DNA of 64,000 nucleotides from an uncultured Mycoplasmatota bacterium (lineage in GTDB: Bacteria; Bacillota_I; Bacilli_A; RF39; UBA660): contig CAOKET010000001.1 in the NCBI GenBank assembly GCA_948467605.1, positions 1,721-65,720 of the forward strand. The letters are read 5' to 3'. Below, piece after piece: positions 39,637 through 50,320 of this stretch. Every line of letters starts with the position of its first letter. The stretch's first letter is position 1. Below the pieces are notes generated by a model. It saw only the letters and a program-made list of their open reading frames with translations, had not been told where the DNA came from and ran no database searches. The position numbers and the translations under genes were made by a program.

Positions 39637-40020
39637 ATGTTAACTAGAAATGGATTTTTTGGGGATTTATGGGATGATTTTATGGATACACCAAGAAATA
39701 ACAGTTTATTAAAAAGTGATGTATATGAAGATAATGATAACTATGTTATTGAAGTAGATATACCAGGATATAATAAAGAAGATGTATCTATTGACTACGA
39801 AAATGGGTATATAATAGTTACTTCAGTAAGAACTAGTAATGTTACAGATGACAAATATATAAGAAAAGAAAAATACTATGGTGAATATAAAAGAAGTTTT
39901 TATGTTGGTGAAGTAGATGAGAATGATATAAGTGCTACATTCTATAATGGAGTATTAAAAATAATATTTCCAAAATCATCAGTAAAACAAGAACATAAAA
40001 GAAGAATAGAAATTGAATAA
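39637..40020 (+). CDS. Hsp20/alpha-crystallin small heat shock protein
   Basis: DVYEDNDNYVIEVDIPG, YYGEYKRSF, ATFYNGVLKI. Confidence 0.92.
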   Translation: MLTRNGFFGDLWDDFMDTPRNNSLLKSDVYEDNDNYVIEVDIPGYNKEDVSIDYENGYIIVTSVRTSNVTDDKYIRKEKYYGEYKRSFYVGEVDENDISATFYNGVLKIIFPKSSVKQEHKRRIEIE

Positions 40021-40048
40021 TCTTGAAATTAATCAAGATTATTTTTTT
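40017..40048 (+). terminator. Terminator after hsp20
   Basis: ATAATCTTGA-aattaa-TCAAGATTAT plus T run. Confidence 0.75.
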
Positions 40049-40090
40049 AATATATTAATAATATTTTTTATTAAAATTAAAAGGAAAAAC

Positions 40091-40121
40091 GAAAATCATC
40101 TCTAAATAGAGTAGAGATGAT
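40091..40121 (-). terminator. Hairpin, probable terminator of the HAD gene
   Basis: ATCATCTCTA-aatagag-TAGAGATGAT. Confidence 0.55.
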
Positions 40122-40154
40122 AAAAATTTCAACACTTTGTATTATAATAAAAAA

Positions 40155-40798
40155 TTAATCTTTTATTATTTCTATTATTTTGTCAAGAGAATCTAATTGC
40201 GAATATAGTATATTTTTTATCTTTTCTGTTGGGTATTCTAAATCTGGTATCATTACTGGTTTTATCCCTGCTTTAAATACCGATAAAATTCCATTAATAG
40301 AGTCTTCAATTCCAATACATTGTTCTTTTGGTATTTTTAATAATTCTATTGATTTTAAATAAATTTCTGGATCTGGTTTTCCATTTTGTACCATATCTCC
40401 TCCAACTATTACATCAAAATACTCTAATATATTTAATTTTTCTAAATATTTTTTTATAGTTTTTTCATGTGATGAACTTGCAACGGCAATTTTATAATTG
40501 TTACTTTTTAAAAAGTTAAGGATAACCATAAGGCCTTTTTTCTTTTTTATTCCATTAGATTCAATGTTTTCTTCAATAAATTTTTGCCTCAATTGATATA
40601 GTTCTTCAAAATTTATAGTATTAAATTTATTTGAAAATATTTCTCTTATATATTTTTTGTTTGTTCCTCTTACTTGTTTCAAAATTTCATCATCAATTTT
40701 TATTCCTAAACAGTTCCCTGCATATTTCCATCCTTGCTCTTTTATTGCCTCTGTATCTACATAGTACCATCCATATCAAATATTACTGCTTTAATCAT
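40155..40798 (-). pseudogene. HAD-IA (beta-PGM-like) phosphatase with 1-nt frameshift
   Basis: AAGGA RBS, MIKAVIFDMDGTM-stop; shifted frame continues VDTEAIKEQGW...VASSS...GKPDPEIY...IEDSING. Confidence 0.85.
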
Positions 40799-40993
40799 TA
40801 TAATTCCTTCTTTCATTCTTTTTTTGATAACTATAAATATAGTTATATTGTGTTATTTTCTATAGTTCTTCTTAATATTTTATTTAATTTGTCATATAGA
40901 TTTTGCTCTATTAGTATCACTTCTTTTGACTAATTTTCTTGTATTATAACATTATAATTATGATAGTCAAGTTAGAGATAAAAAAGAATGGTA

Positions 40994-41251
40994 TTAACTA
41001 TTTAACCATTCTATGAATTTATTTTTCTTTTTAGGTAGAATTTTTTTAATATCTATTGTTTGGGTTGTTATTTTATTGCCTTCTTTTATTTCGGCAGTTA
41101 GAACTTGTTTATTTTCGGATATGTGTATTTTTACATCTTTATTTTCTTTAATCGCATCTTTTATATTTTGAAATAGTGCTTGTTTTTGGTTTTGTGTTAT
41201 ATTTTCTGGCATGTGATTTATAAAATCATTTATCTTTTCTTCGTTATTCAT
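40994..41251 (-). CDS. 85-aa hypothetical protein
   Basis: AGGTG RBS, TGaTAAAAT -10 upstream. Confidence 0.6.
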   Translation of the reverse strand: MNNEEKINDFINHMPENITQNQKQALFQNIKDAIKENKDVKIHISENKQVLTAEIKEGNKITTQTIDIKKILPKKKNKFIEWLNS

Positions 41252-41366
41252 TTTTATTCACCTAAATATATTTTATCACAAATTATATTATTTATTTTAA
41301 CTTTTACATATTATGTTATTAGTAAATGTCATGTAAGTAAAAGTTTAATTTTTTTTAATTTTTCTA

Positions 41367-41395
41367 TTTACATTGGGGTTTATATTTGGTATACT
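41367..41395 (+). promoter_or_regulatory. sigmaA promoter of S10 operon
   Basis: TTTACA-N17-TATACT with TG extension. Confidence 0.75.
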
Positions 41396-41399
41396 TGTG

Positions 41400-41520
41400 A
41401 AGTATGTGACTGGCTTAGATGTGCAAGGTTGCTGATACACCAGGTTAAGTTGTTATACTTTTGCTGGTATCAGGTAATTTGTTCGGAGCAAGTCTATATT
41501 AAATATAGGCGAAGGGAGGA
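41400..41520 (+). ncRNA. S10 (rpsJ) ribosomal protein leader RNA
   Basis: GATG...AGGTTGCTGA-ACACC...TCAGG...CGGAG...GTCTA...TAGGCGAA resembles the Firmicutes rpsJ leader. Confidence 0.75.
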
Positions 41521-41526
41521 TACGAT

Positions 41527-41835
41527 ATGGCAGATACAAAGTTACGTATTAGATTAAAAAGTTATGATCATAGAATAATTGATCAAGCCGCAATTAAAAT
41601 TGTAGGAACAATTAAAAGATTGGGTGGCGAAGTTTCAGGACCAGTACCATTACCAACTGAAATTGAAAAAATTACAATTTTAAGAGCTGTTCACAAATAT
41701 AAAGATTCTCGTGAACAATTTGAAATGCGTACACACAAAAGATTAATCGATATCAAAAATCCTAGCAAGGAGATCGTTGAGGCATTATCTCATATAGATT
41801 TACCTAGCGGGGTAGAAATTCAAATTAAGCAATAA
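41527..41835 (+). CDS. rpsJ: 30S ribosomal protein S10
   Basis: [28 protein letters not shown]. Confidence 0.98.
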   Translation: MADTKLRIRLKSYDHRIIDQAAIKIVGTIKRLGGEVSGPVPLPTEIEKITILRAVHKYKDSREQFEMRTHKRLIDIKNPSKEIVEALSHIDLPSGVEIQIKQ

Positions 41836-41847
41836 TAGGAGGAAAAT

Positions 41848-42573
41848 ATGAAAGGAATCTTAGCTCGCAAAGTTGGTATGACTCAAGTTTTTACAGAAAG
41901 TGGTGTATTAATACCAGTTACTGTATTAGAAGTAAGTACTAATAATGTGGTTACACAAATCAAAACTAAAGCCAATGATGGTTATGATGCCATTCAATTA
42001 GGTTTTGATACTAAAAGAGAAAAACTTAGTAATAAACCTGAGATGGGTCATGTAAAAAAAGCTAACACAGAGCCTAAGCGCTTCTTTAGAGAACTTAGGG
42101 GAGTTAATGTAGAAGATTATACTTTAGGACAAGAAATTAAGGTTGATATCTTTGAAGCAGGTGAAATCGTAGATGTTACTGGTACAAGTAAAGGAAAAGG
42201 TTTCCAAGGCGTAATTAAACGTTTCAATCAAAGCAGAGGTCCTATGGGACATGGTTCTCAATATCATAGAGGCGTTGGTTCAATGGGAACACTTCGTCCA
42301 ATGCGTGTTTTTAAGGGTAAACATTTACCAGGACACATGGGTAACGAAACAGTTACTATACAAAATCTAGAAATAATTAAAGTTGATACAGAAAACAGTT
42401 TAATATTGGTAAAGGGAAATGTACCTGGACCAAATAAAGGACTAGTATTTGTTAAATCAGCGATTAAAAATTTAAATAAAAGAGAAGTGGAAACTTTAAA
42501 AAGTTATTCTCAAAAAGAAGAAGTAGTAGAAGAAACTGAAGCTTTGTCTAGTGAATCATCACAAGATGAATAG
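41848..42573 (+). CDS. rplC: 50S ribosomal protein L3
   Basis: [16 protein letters not shown]. Confidence 0.98.
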   Translation: MKGILARKVGMTQVFTESGVLIPVTVLEVSTNNVVTQIKTKANDGYDAIQLGFDTKREKLSNKPEMGHVKKANTEPKRFFRELRGVNVEDYTLGQEIKVDIFEAGEIVDVTGTSKGKGFQGVIKRFNQSRGPMGHGSQYHRGVGSMGTLRPMRVFKGKHLPGHMGNETVTIQNLEIIKVDTENSLILVKGNVPGPNKGLVFVKSAIKNLNKREVETLKSYSQKEEVVEETEALSSESSQDE

Positions 42574-42603
42574 TAGTTTAACTAGTGATGAAAGGAGGAT
42601 ATT

Positions 42604-43227
42604 ATGGCAAAACAAAAAGTTTTAAACGTAAAAGGTGAACAAGTTAAAGATATAACTTTATCTGATTCAATTTGGAAAATCACACCTAACGATGCTGTTT
42701 TATATGATGCTGTAGTTCTAGCACAGGCTTCTTTAAGAAGTGGAACTCACGATACTAAAACAAGATCAGAAGTTAGCGGTGGTGGTAGAAAACCATGGAA
42801 ACAAAAAGGAACTGGTCGTGCTCGTCAAGGATCTATTCGTGCACCACAATGGAGAGGTGGAGGTATAGTATTTGGACCTCATCCAAGAGATTACGACAAG
42901 AAGATGAACAGGAAAGAAAGACGTTTAGCATTAAAATCTGCTTTAACATATAAATTCTTAGATAAAGAATTAATAGTTCTTGATTCAATTGAATTAGCAG
43001 AAGGTAAAACTAAAGTTGCTCTAGAAATTCTTAAAAATCTTAAATTAGATGATACAACTATGTTTGTTACAAAAGAAGAAAATGAAAATTTAGTATTAGC
43101 TACTCGTAACTTAGGTGACTTAAATGTAATTTTATCTAGAAATATTAATGTATTAGAAATATTAAGATCAAAATATTTAGTTGTTACTGAAGACGCTATT
43201 GCTGATATAGAGGAGGCTCTTAAGTAA
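42604..43227 (+). CDS. rplD: 50S ribosomal protein L4
   Basis: GGGRKPWKQKGTGRAR. Confidence 0.98.
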   Translation: MAKQKVLNVKGEQVKDITLSDSIWKITPNDAVLYDAVVLAQASLRSGTHDTKTRSEVSGGGRKPWKQKGTGRARQGSIRAPQWRGGGIVFGPHPRDYDKKMNRKERRLALKSALTYKFLDKELIVLDSIELAEGKTKVALEILKNLKLDDTTMFVTKEENENLVLATRNLGDLNVILSRNINVLEILRSKYLVVTEDAIADIEEALK

Positions 43228-43502
43228 TGGAAAAAGCAAGAGATATAATTAAGGCTCCTATTATTACTGAAAAGTCAGCATCATTAAAAGAATATAACAC
43301 TTATGTATTTGAAGTTGATAGAAGAGCCAATAAGACAGAAATAAAACAGGCAATTGAAAGTATTTTCAATGTTAAAGTTGCTGATGTTAGAACAAGTATT
43401 ACTAAGCCAAAGAAAAAACGTGTTGGTAAGTATACTGGTATGACTAAAGCAATTAAGAAAGCATTCGTTAAATTAAGCGAAGGGTCTATTGATATAATTT
43501 AG
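43227..43502 (+). CDS. rplW: 50S ribosomal protein L23
   Basis: PIITEKS, ANKTEIK, KKAFVKL. Confidence 0.97.
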   Translation: MEKARDIIKAPIITEKSASLKEYNTYVFEVDRRANKTEIKQAIESIFNVKVADVRTSITKPKKKRVGKYTGMTKAIKKAFVKLSEGSIDII

Positions 43503-43517
43503 TAAGGAGGACATATT

Positions 43518-44351
43518 ATGCCAATAAAAACATATAAACCAACTACTAATGCTAGAAGAAATATGAGCACTTTAGTAAACAGTGAACTTACTAAAAAAGC
43601 GCCCGAAAAAAGCTTAGTAGAAACGTTATCAAAAAATGGTGGTCGTAATAATCAAGGTCGAATTACTGTAAGACATCACGGTGGTGGTGCTAAGAGAAAA
43701 TATCGTATAATTGATTTTAAAAGAAATAAATTCGATGTTCCTGGTACAGTAGTTTCAATTGAATACGATCCAAATAGAAATGCAAATATTGCATTAGTAA
43801 ACTATATTGATGGTGAAAAAAGATATATAATAGCACCTAAAGATATTAAAGTAGGAACAAAGGTAATAAGTAGTGAAAAAGCTGATATAAAACTTGGAAA
43901 TGCATTACCAATAATGAATATCCCAGTTGGTACAGTAATTCATAATATTGAATTAAAACCTGGTAAAGGTGCTCAACTTGCTAGAAGTGCTGGAACAAGT
44001 GCTCAAATCTTAGGTCGTGAAGACAAATATGTACTTATAAGATTAACTAGCGGTGAGATTAGAAAAGTATTAGGTGTATGTATTGCTACTGTAGGTGAAG
44101 TTGGAAATGCTGACTATGAATTAGTAAAAATAGGAAAAGCAGGACGTAAACGTCATATGGGTATTAAACCAACAGTTCGTGGATCAGTTATGAACCCTAA
44201 TGATCACCCACATGGTGGTGGTGAAGGACGTGCACCAATAGGTAGAAAAGCACCAATGACACCTTGGGGTAAAAAAGCATTTGGTGTTAAGACTAGAAAA
44301 ACTAAGAAAGCTTCTAACAAACTTATTGTTCGTAGTCGTAAGCAAAAATAA
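43518..44351 (+). CDS. rplB: 50S ribosomal protein L2
   Basis: [19 protein letters not shown]. Confidence 0.98.
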   Translation: MPIKTYKPTTNARRNMSTLVNSELTKKAPEKSLVETLSKNGGRNNQGRITVRHHGGGAKRKYRIIDFKRNKFDVPGTVVSIEYDPNRNANIALVNYIDGEKRYIIAPKDIKVGTKVISSEKADIKLGNALPIMNIPVGTVIHNIELKPGKGAQLARSAGTSAQILGREDKYVLIRLTSGEIRKVLGVCIATVGEVGNADYELVKIGKAGRKRHMGIKPTVRGSVMNPNDHPHGGGEGRAPIGRKAPMTPWGKKAFGVKTRKTKKASNKLIVRSRKQK

Positions 44352-44368
44352 AGGAAGGATGAGTAGAA

Positions 44369-44635
44369 ATGGCTAGAAGTATAAAAAAAGGTCCTTATGT
44401 TTTTCCAAGATTATTAGAAAAAGTTAAGGAATTAAATAAAAACGCAAAAAAAGAAGTTATAAAGACATATTCGCGTAGATCAACAATTTTCCCTGATTTT
44501 GTTGGACATACTTTTGCAGTACACAACGGAAAAGATTTTATCCCTGTATATGTTACAGAAGATATGGTAGGACATAAATTAGGTGAATTTGCATTAACTC
44601 GTAAATGCGGCGGTCATGGCGAGAATAAAAAATAA
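44369..44635 (+). CDS. rpsS: 30S ribosomal protein S19
   Basis: [15 protein letters not shown]. Confidence 0.98.
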   Translation: MARSIKKGPYVFPRLLEKVKELNKNAKKEVIKTYSRRSTIFPDFVGHTFAVHNGKDFIPVYVTEDMVGHKLGEFALTRKCGGHGENKK

Positions 44636-44659
44636 AACTACCATGGAAGGAGGACTAAT

Positions 44660-45013
44660 ATGGAAGTAATGGAGAAAAAGTGTGCAACTGCTACTCATAA
44701 GGGTGCAAGAATAGGTGCACAAAAAACAAGATTAGTTATTGATTTAATTCGTGGTAAAGATGCTGCAACTGCACTATCTATACTAAAAAATAATAATACT
44801 AGAGCGTCAGTTCTAATCGAAAAAGTTTTAAGATCTAGTATTGCAAATGCTGTAAACAATTTAAACTTGGATGAAACTAAGTTATATGTTAAAGAGTGCT
44901 TTGTTAATGATGGACCAGTTCTAAAGAGAATAAAGATGGGATCTAGAGGTCATGTTGATCGAAATGACCATAGAACAAGTCATATTATTGTTACAGTAGC
45001 AGAAAGACTTTAA
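44660..45013 (+). CDS. rplV: 50S ribosomal protein L22
   Basis: DLIRGK, SIANA, RTSHIIV. Confidence 0.96.
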   Translation: MEVMEKKCATATHKGARIGAQKTRLVIDLIRGKDAATALSILKNNNTRASVLIEKVLRSSIANAVNNLNLDETKLYVKECFVNDGPVLKRIKMGSRGHVDRNDHRTSHIIVTVAERL

Positions 45014-45025
45014 GGAGGTTAAGTA

Positions 45026-45703
45026 ATGGGACAAAAGGTTAATCCTAATGGACTTAGATTAGGTGGAATAAAAACTTGGCAGTCTAAATGGTATGCTTCT
45101 AAAAAAGATTATTCAACTTATTTAATAAAAGATGTTAAAATTAGAAAATATCTTGAAAAGAATCTTTCAGATGCGGCTATTTCTGATATTCTTATCGAAA
45201 GAAATGCTAAATCAACTGAAGTTACTATTTTTACTGCTAAACCTGGTGTAATAATTGGTCATGGCGGAGAAGAAATTGAAAAATTAAAAAAATCTCTTAG
45301 CAAATTGGCTGATGAAGATATACAAATTTCGATCAAAGAAATTAAGCAACCTGATATGGATGCGAAAATAGTAGCACAATCTATTGCTCATCAAATTGAA
45401 AATAGAGCATCATTCAGAATGACTCAAAAAAGAGCAATTAGAAATGCTATGAAGGCTGGAGCTAAGGGTATTAAAACTTCTGTTTCAGGAAGATTAGATG
45501 GAGCAGATATGGCTCGTAGCGAAGGTTATACTGAAGGAATGATACCACTTCATACTTTGCGTGCAGATATTGATTATGCTGTTGCAGAAGCTGATACTAC
45601 TTTCGGTAAAATCGGTGTAAAAGTATGGATATATAAAGGTGAAATACTTCCTAGTAAAAATAATAAGGGAGGTAATGTAGATGTTAATACCAGCAAGAAC
45701 TAA
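45026..45703 (+). CDS. rpsC: 30S ribosomal protein S3
   Basis: [18 protein letters not shown]. Confidence 0.98.
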   Translation: MGQKVNPNGLRLGGIKTWQSKWYASKKDYSTYLIKDVKIRKYLEKNLSDAAISDILIERNAKSTEVTIFTAKPGVIIGHGGEEIEKLKKSLSKLADEDIQISIKEIKQPDMDAKIVAQSIAHQIENRASFRMTQKRAIRNAMKAGAKGIKTSVSGRLDGADMARSEGYTEGMIPLHTLRADIDYAVAEADTTFGKIGVKVWIYKGEILPSKNNKGGNVDVNTSKN

Positions 45704-46112
45704 ATATCGTAGAGTTCACAGATTACCTTATGAAGGACATTCAAAGGGTAACACTGAACTACATTTTGGTGAGTATGGTTTACAGGCTAAAGAAGGCGCT
45801 TGGATAACAGCAAACCAAATAGAAGCAGCCCGTGTAGCGATGACTCGTTATATGAAACGTGGTGGAAAAGTATTTGTTAACATTTTCCCACATATGCCAA
45901 AAACTAAGAAACCTCTTGAAACTCGTCAAGGTAAAGGTAAAGGTGCTGTTGAATTATGGGTTGCAGTTGTTAAGGAAGGAAAAATTATGTTTGAAGTATC
46001 TGGTGTTTCTGAAGAAGTTGCTCGTGAAGCATTAAGATTGGCAGGACATAAATTACCTATTAAGACTAAGTTTGTAAAGAAAGAACAAGGTGGTGATCTT
46101 AATGAAGGTTAA
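45681..46112 (+). CDS. rplP: 50S ribosomal protein L16
   Basis: QIEAAR, GKGKG, KLPIKTK. Confidence 0.98.
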   Translation: MLIPARTKYRRVHRLPYEGHSKGNTELHFGEYGLQAKEGAWITANQIEAARVAMTRYMKRGGKVFVNIFPHMPKTKKPLETRQGKGKGAVELWVAVVKEGKIMFEVSGVSEEVAREALRLAGHKLPIKTKFVKKEQGGDLNEG

Positions 46113-46299
46113 TGATATAAGAAATTTAACCACTGATGAAATAGTTAAGAAAATTGAAGAAACTAAAGAAGAATTATTTAATTTACGTTTTCAACAAGCT
46201 ACTGGTAACTTAGAAAAACCTTCTAGAATTAAAGATTTGAGAAAATTGATTGCAAGATTAAAAACAGTTTTGCATGAACGTGAACTAAAGGAAATATAG
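46102..46299 (+). CDS. rpmC: 50S ribosomal protein L29
   Basis: [18 protein letters not shown]. Confidence 0.97.
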   Translation: MKVNDIRNLTTDEIVKKIEETKEELFNLRFQQATGNLEKPSRIKDLRKLIARLKTVLHERELKEI

Positions 46300-46308
46300 G
46301 AGGTAGAC

Positions 46309-46566
46309 ATGGAAAAGGTAAGAAAGCAAATTATTGGAACTGTTGTAAGTGACAAAAATGATAAGACTATCATTGTTAAAGTTGAAACTAGAAAGAAACA
46401 TCCACTATATGGAAAACTTGTTAAGGTGTCAAATAAGTATGTTGCTCACGATGAAGAAAATAAAGCTAAGATTGGCGATAGAGTTCGTATTATGGAAACT
46501 AGACCATTATCTAAAACTAAACGTTTTGAATTAGTAGAAATAGTTGAAGAAGCCGTAATTTTATAG
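46309..46566 (+). CDS. rpsQ: 30S ribosomal protein S17
   Basis: [22 protein letters not shown]. Confidence 0.98.
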   Translation: MEKVRKQIIGTVVSDKNDKTIIVKVETRKKHPLYGKLVKVSNKYVAHDEENKAKIGDRVRIMETRPLSKTKRFELVEIVEEAVIL

Positions 46567-46595
46567 GTCTATAAAATAAGCGAAGGAGGAAAATT

Positions 46596-46970
46596 ATGAT
46601 AGCACAACAAACCCGTTTAAAAGTAGCTGATAATTCTGGGGCTAGAGAGCTTTTAGTTATTAGAGTTCTTGGAGGTTCTAACCGTAAATTTGGTGGTTTA
46701 GGTAGCGTTGTAGTTGCTAGTGTCAAAAAAGCACTTCCAAATGGATCAGTTAAAAAGGGAAAAGTAGTTAGAGCAGTTATTGTAAGAACTAAGGCTGCTA
46801 CAAAAAGAAAAGATGGTACTTATATAAGATTCGACGATAATGCATGTGTACTTATCAAAAGTGCTGAAGATAAGACACCTGTTGGAACTCGTGTATTAGG
46901 ACCAGTTGCAAGAGAACTTAGGGATCAGGATTATATGAAGATTGTATCTCTTGCTAGCGAAGTACTATAA
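46596..46970 (+). CDS. rplN: 50S ribosomal protein L14
   Basis: [20 protein letters not shown]. Confidence 0.98.
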   Translation: MIAQQTRLKVADNSGARELLVIRVLGGSNRKFGGLGSVVVASVKKALPNGSVKKGKVVRAVIVRTKAATKRKDGTYIRFDDNACVLIKSAEDKTPVGTRVLGPVARELRDQDYMKIVSLASEVL

Positions 46971-46984
46971 GGAGGTAAATCGTA

Positions 46985-47251
46985 ATGAAACTTAAAACAG
47001 GAGATAAAGTTGTTGTTATTGCTGGTAAAGACAGAACTAAAACTGGTAAAATAACAAAAGTTCTAAAAAATGATAAAGTTGTTGTTGAAGGAATTAATAT
47101 TGTTAAAAAACATATGAAACCAAATCAACAAAATGATAAAGGTAGTATTATTGAGGTTGAGGCTCCAATTCATGTATCTAATGTTAAATTAGTTAAAGAA
47201 GAAGAGAAAAAAGAAACTAAGAAAACTACTAAAACTAAGAAAGATAAATAA
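46985..47251 (+). CDS. rplX: 50S ribosomal protein L24
   Basis: [20 protein letters not shown]. Confidence 0.97.
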   Translation: MKLKTGDKVVVIAGKDRTKTGKITKVLKNDKVVVEGINIVKKHMKPNQQNDKGSIIEVEAPIHVSNVKLVKEEEKKETKKTTKTKKDK

Positions 47252-47268
47252 TTGGGAGGAGGGAAATT

Positions 47269-47808
47269 ATGAACCGCCTAAAAGAAAAATATGTGAATGA
47301 AGTAGTTCCAAGTTTAATGGATAAATATAAATATTCTTCAGTTATGCAGTGTCCAAAAATAGAAAAAGTAGTTATTAATATTGGTTGTGGAGATGCAACT
47401 ACTAACTCAAAATTAATAGATGCTTCTGTTAGTGATCTTGAACTTATAACAGGTGCTAAACCAGTTGTTACAAGAGCCAAGAAATCAATAGCAGGATTTA
47501 AATTAAGAGAAGGGCAACCTATAGGATGTATGGTTACTTTAAGAGGAAACAAAATGTATGCCTTCTTAGATAAACTTATTAATATAGCATTACCTAGAGT
47601 TAGAGATTTTAGAGGTGTTTCTAGAAAATCATTTGATGGAAGGGGAAATTATACTTTAGGTATTAAAGAACAATTAATATTCCCAGAAATCGAATATGAT
47701 AAAATCGTGAAATTACGTGGTATGGATATAGTAATAGTAACTACAGCTAATACAAATGAAGAAGCATTTGATTTATTAAGTGGAATGAAAGTTCCTTTTA
47801 AGAAGTAA
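47269..47808 (+). CDS. rplE: 50S ribosomal protein L5
   Basis: [16 protein letters not shown]. Confidence 0.98.
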   Translation: MNRLKEKYVNEVVPSLMDKYKYSSVMQCPKIEKVVINIGCGDATTNSKLIDASVSDLELITGAKPVVTRAKKSIAGFKLREGQPIGCMVTLRGNKMYAFLDKLINIALPRVRDFRGVSRKSFDGRGNYTLGIKEQLIFPEIEYDKIVKLRGMDIVIVTTANTNEEAFDLLSGMKVPFKK

Positions 47809-47820
47809 GGAGGAGACAAT

Positions 47821-48006
47821 ATGGCAAAGAAAAGTATGATAGTAAAATCACAAAAACCTCAAAAATTTAAGGTTCGTGAATATACTCGTTGCAACATCTG
47901 TGGTAGACCACATAGTGTATTAAAAAAATATGGAATATGTCGTATTTGTTTTAGAGAACTTGCTAATAATGGACAAATTCCAGGTGTTAAAAAATCTAGT
48001 TGGTAA
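47821..48006 (+). CDS. rpsN: 30S ribosomal protein S14 (Zn-binding type)
   Basis: RCNICGR...CRICFR, 61 aa. Confidence 0.97.
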   Translation: MAKKSMIVKSQKPQKFKVREYTRCNICGRPHSVLKKYGICRICFRELANNGQIPGVKKSSW

Positions 48007-48025
48007 GAGATAAGGAGGTATTAGT

Positions 48026-48412
48026 ATGCCAGTAAATGATCCAATAGCAGATTTACTTACAAGAATTCGTAATGCAAATCAATTACATTATAAAGAAGTA
48101 AGTGTACCTGTTTCAAAAATGAAGTTGGAAATCGTTAGAATTCTTAAAGAAGAAGGATTCATTGAAGATTATAATGTTCAAGAAAATAATATAATCATAA
48201 TTTTAAAATATGGGTTAAGAAAAGAAACCGTTATTTCTGGATTAAAGAGAATATCTAAACCAGGATTACGTGTATATGCAAAATCTTCTGAAATTCCAAA
48301 AGTATTAAATGGATTAGGAATCGCAATTATTTCTACATCTAATGGTGTTATGACTGACAAAGAAGCACGTCGTCAAAATCTAGGTGGAGAAGTATTAGCA
48401 TATATTTGGTAA
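48026..48412 (+). CDS. rpsH: 30S ribosomal protein S8
   Basis: [21 protein letters not shown]. Confidence 0.98.
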   Translation: MPVNDPIADLLTRIRNANQLHYKEVSVPVSKMKLEIVRILKEEGFIEDYNVQENNIIIILKYGLRKETVISGLKRISKPGLRVYAKSSEIPKVLNGLGIAIISTSNGVMTDKEARRQNLGGEVLAYIW

Positions 48413-48435
48413 AAAAACTATAAGGAGGTGTCATT

Positions 48436-48975
48436 ATGAGTCGTATTGGTAATAGAGTGCTAACAATACCTAATGGTGTATCTGTTGAGGTTACAGATTT
48501 ACTTGTTACTGTAAAAGGTCCAAAAGGAACTTTAACTCATGATTTACCAAAAAAAATTAAAGTTACAGTTGAAGATAATACTGTAAAAGTTGAAAGATTA
48601 GATGAAATTAAAACTACAAAGCAATTACATGGTACTACAAATGCTATTATTAAAAATATGATAGATGGTGTTAGTGCTGGTTACTCTAAGGGATTAGAGA
48701 TAATAGGTGTAGGTTATCGTTTCAATGTAAGTGGTAAAAAGTTAGTTATCAATGCTGGATATTCTCATACTGTTGATATGGAAGTACCTGAAGAACTTTC
48801 AGTTGAAGCAATAAGTAATACTGAGATTAAAGTATCTGGTATAGATAAAGTTAAGGTAGGCAAATTTGCTGCTGAAGTTAGGGATGTAAGAAGACCAGAG
48901 CCATATAAGGGTAAAGGTATTCGTTATGTTGGTGAACATGTTCGTCGTAAAGAAGGTAAAAAAGCTTCTAAATAA
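48436..48975 (+). CDS. rplF: 50S ribosomal protein L6
   Basis: MSRIG, PEPYKGKGIRY. Confidence 0.98.
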   Translation: MSRIGNRVLTIPNGVSVEVTDLLVTVKGPKGTLTHDLPKKIKVTVEDNTVKVERLDEIKTTKQLHGTTNAIIKNMIDGVSAGYSKGLEIIGVGYRFNVSGKKLVINAGYSHTVDMEVPEELSVEAISNTEIKVSGIDKVKVGKFAAEVRDVRRPEPYKGKGIRYVGEHVRRKEGKKASK

Positions 48976-48994
48976 TATTTAAGGAGGTTAACTT

Positions 48995-49351
48995 ATGATT
49001 AAAAAAGTTTCTCGTAATGAAATTCGTAAAGTAAGACATGAGAGAGTTAGACAAAGTATATCTGGAACTAAAGAAGTTCCAAGATTAAATGTTTTTAGAT
49101 CAAACAAAAACATTAGTGTTCAAATCATTGATGATGATGCTAAAATTACATTAGTTAGTTCATCATCTGAAGGATTAAAGTTAGAAAATGGAAGTAATAT
49201 AGAAGCCGCTACTAAAGTAGGAGAAGATATTGCTAAAAAGGCTGTAAAATTAGGTATCACTAAAGTTGTATTCGATAGAGGTGGATATTTATACCATGGT
49301 CGCGTTAAAGCTTTAGCAGAAGCCGCACGTGAAAATGGATTAGAATTCTAA
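48995..49351 (+). CDS. rplR: 50S ribosomal protein L18
   Basis: [20 protein letters not shown]. Confidence 0.98.
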   Translation: MIKKVSRNEIRKVRHERVRQSISGTKEVPRLNVFRSNKNISVQIIDDDAKITLVSSSSEGLKLENGSNIEAATKVGEDIAKKAVKLGITKVVFDRGGYLYHGRVKALAEAARENGLEF

Positions 49352-49366
49352 GAGGAGGGAAAATTT

Positions 49367-49876
49367 ATGCAAAAGAAAAAATTTGACCAACGTAAAAGCG
49401 AATTTGAAGAGCGTGTTATTGAACTTAGACGTGTTACTACTGTAACTAAAGGTGGACGTCAATATGGTTTTTCAGCAGCAGTTGTTGTTGGAGATAAAAA
49501 TGGACGTGTTGGTATAGGTACTGGTAAGGCTAAGGAAGTAGTAGACGCTATTAAGAAAGCTGTTCAACAAGCAACAAAAAATGTTATAAGAGTTAGTTTA
49601 GTAGATAGCCGTACAATTTCTCATGAAATGATTGGCGTATCTGGAGCAGCTAAAGTTTTAATTAAACCTGCATATGAAGGTACTGGTGTTATAGCCGGTG
49701 GTGCTGTTCGTTCTGTTCTTGAACTTGCTGGAGTTAAAGATGTCCTATCTAAATCATTAAGATCAAATACTAAATTAAACGTTGCTCGTGCAACATTAAA
49801 TGCACTTAAAGATCAAAAGAGTATTTCACATGTTGCTAAATTACGTGGAAAGACAGAAAGTGAGATTTTAGGATAA
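49367..49876 (+). CDS. rpsE: 30S ribosomal protein S5
   Basis: [14 protein letters not shown]. Confidence 0.98.
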   Translation: MQKKKFDQRKSEFEERVIELRRVTTVTKGGRQYGFSAAVVVGDKNGRVGIGTGKAKEVVDAIKKAVQQATKNVIRVSLVDSRTISHEMIGVSGAAKVLIKPAYEGTGVIAGGAVRSVLELAGVKDVLSKSLRSNTKLNVARATLNALKDQKSISHVAKLRGKTESEILG

Positions 49877-50319
49877 TGAGATTGAATGAAATTAAGCCTA
49901 ATGAAGGCGCAGTAAAAATAGCAAAAAGAAAAGGTTTAGGATTAGGAACAGGAAACGGTAAGACTGCAGGACGTGGTCAAAAAGGACAAAAGGCTAGAAG
50001 TGGCTATAGTCGTAAAATAGGATTTGAAGGTGGGCAATTACCTTTATACAGAAGATTGCCAAAAAGAGGATTTAAAAACGCTATGTTCAAAACTGAATAT
50101 GCAGTTATAAATCTAAGTGATTTAAATAGATTTGATAATGATACAGTTGTAACTCCTGAATTATTAAAAGAAACAGGGTTAGTAAAAAAACAACTTGCAG
50201 GTATCAAAGTATTAGGAAATGGAAAATTAGAGAAGAAATTAACAGTTAAGGCTAGTAAATTCTCTAATGTAGCAAAACAACAAATTGAAGCAAATGGTGG
50301 GAAAATAGAGGTGATGTAG
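49876..50319 (+). CDS. rplO: 50S ribosomal protein L15
   Basis: [19 protein letters not shown]. Confidence 0.98.
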   Translation: MRLNEIKPNEGAVKIAKRKGLGLGTGNGKTAGRGQKGQKARSGYSRKIGFEGGQLPLYRRLPKRGFKNAMFKTEYAVINLSDLNRFDNDTVVTPELLKETGLVKKQLAGIKVLGNGKLEKKLTVKASKFSNVAKQQIEANGGKIEVM

Positions 50320-50320
50320 T

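Noticed and set aside
40755-40765. Programmed frameshift or stop readthrough in the HAD gene
   Set aside because: No slippery sequence, and TAG readthrough would not restore the frame
40631-41557. Plus-strand ORFs 40631-40933 and 41180-41557
   Set aside because: They overlap the HAD 5' end, or the S10 promoter and leader; low-complexity F/I/Y/L translations typical of AT-rich non-coding DNA
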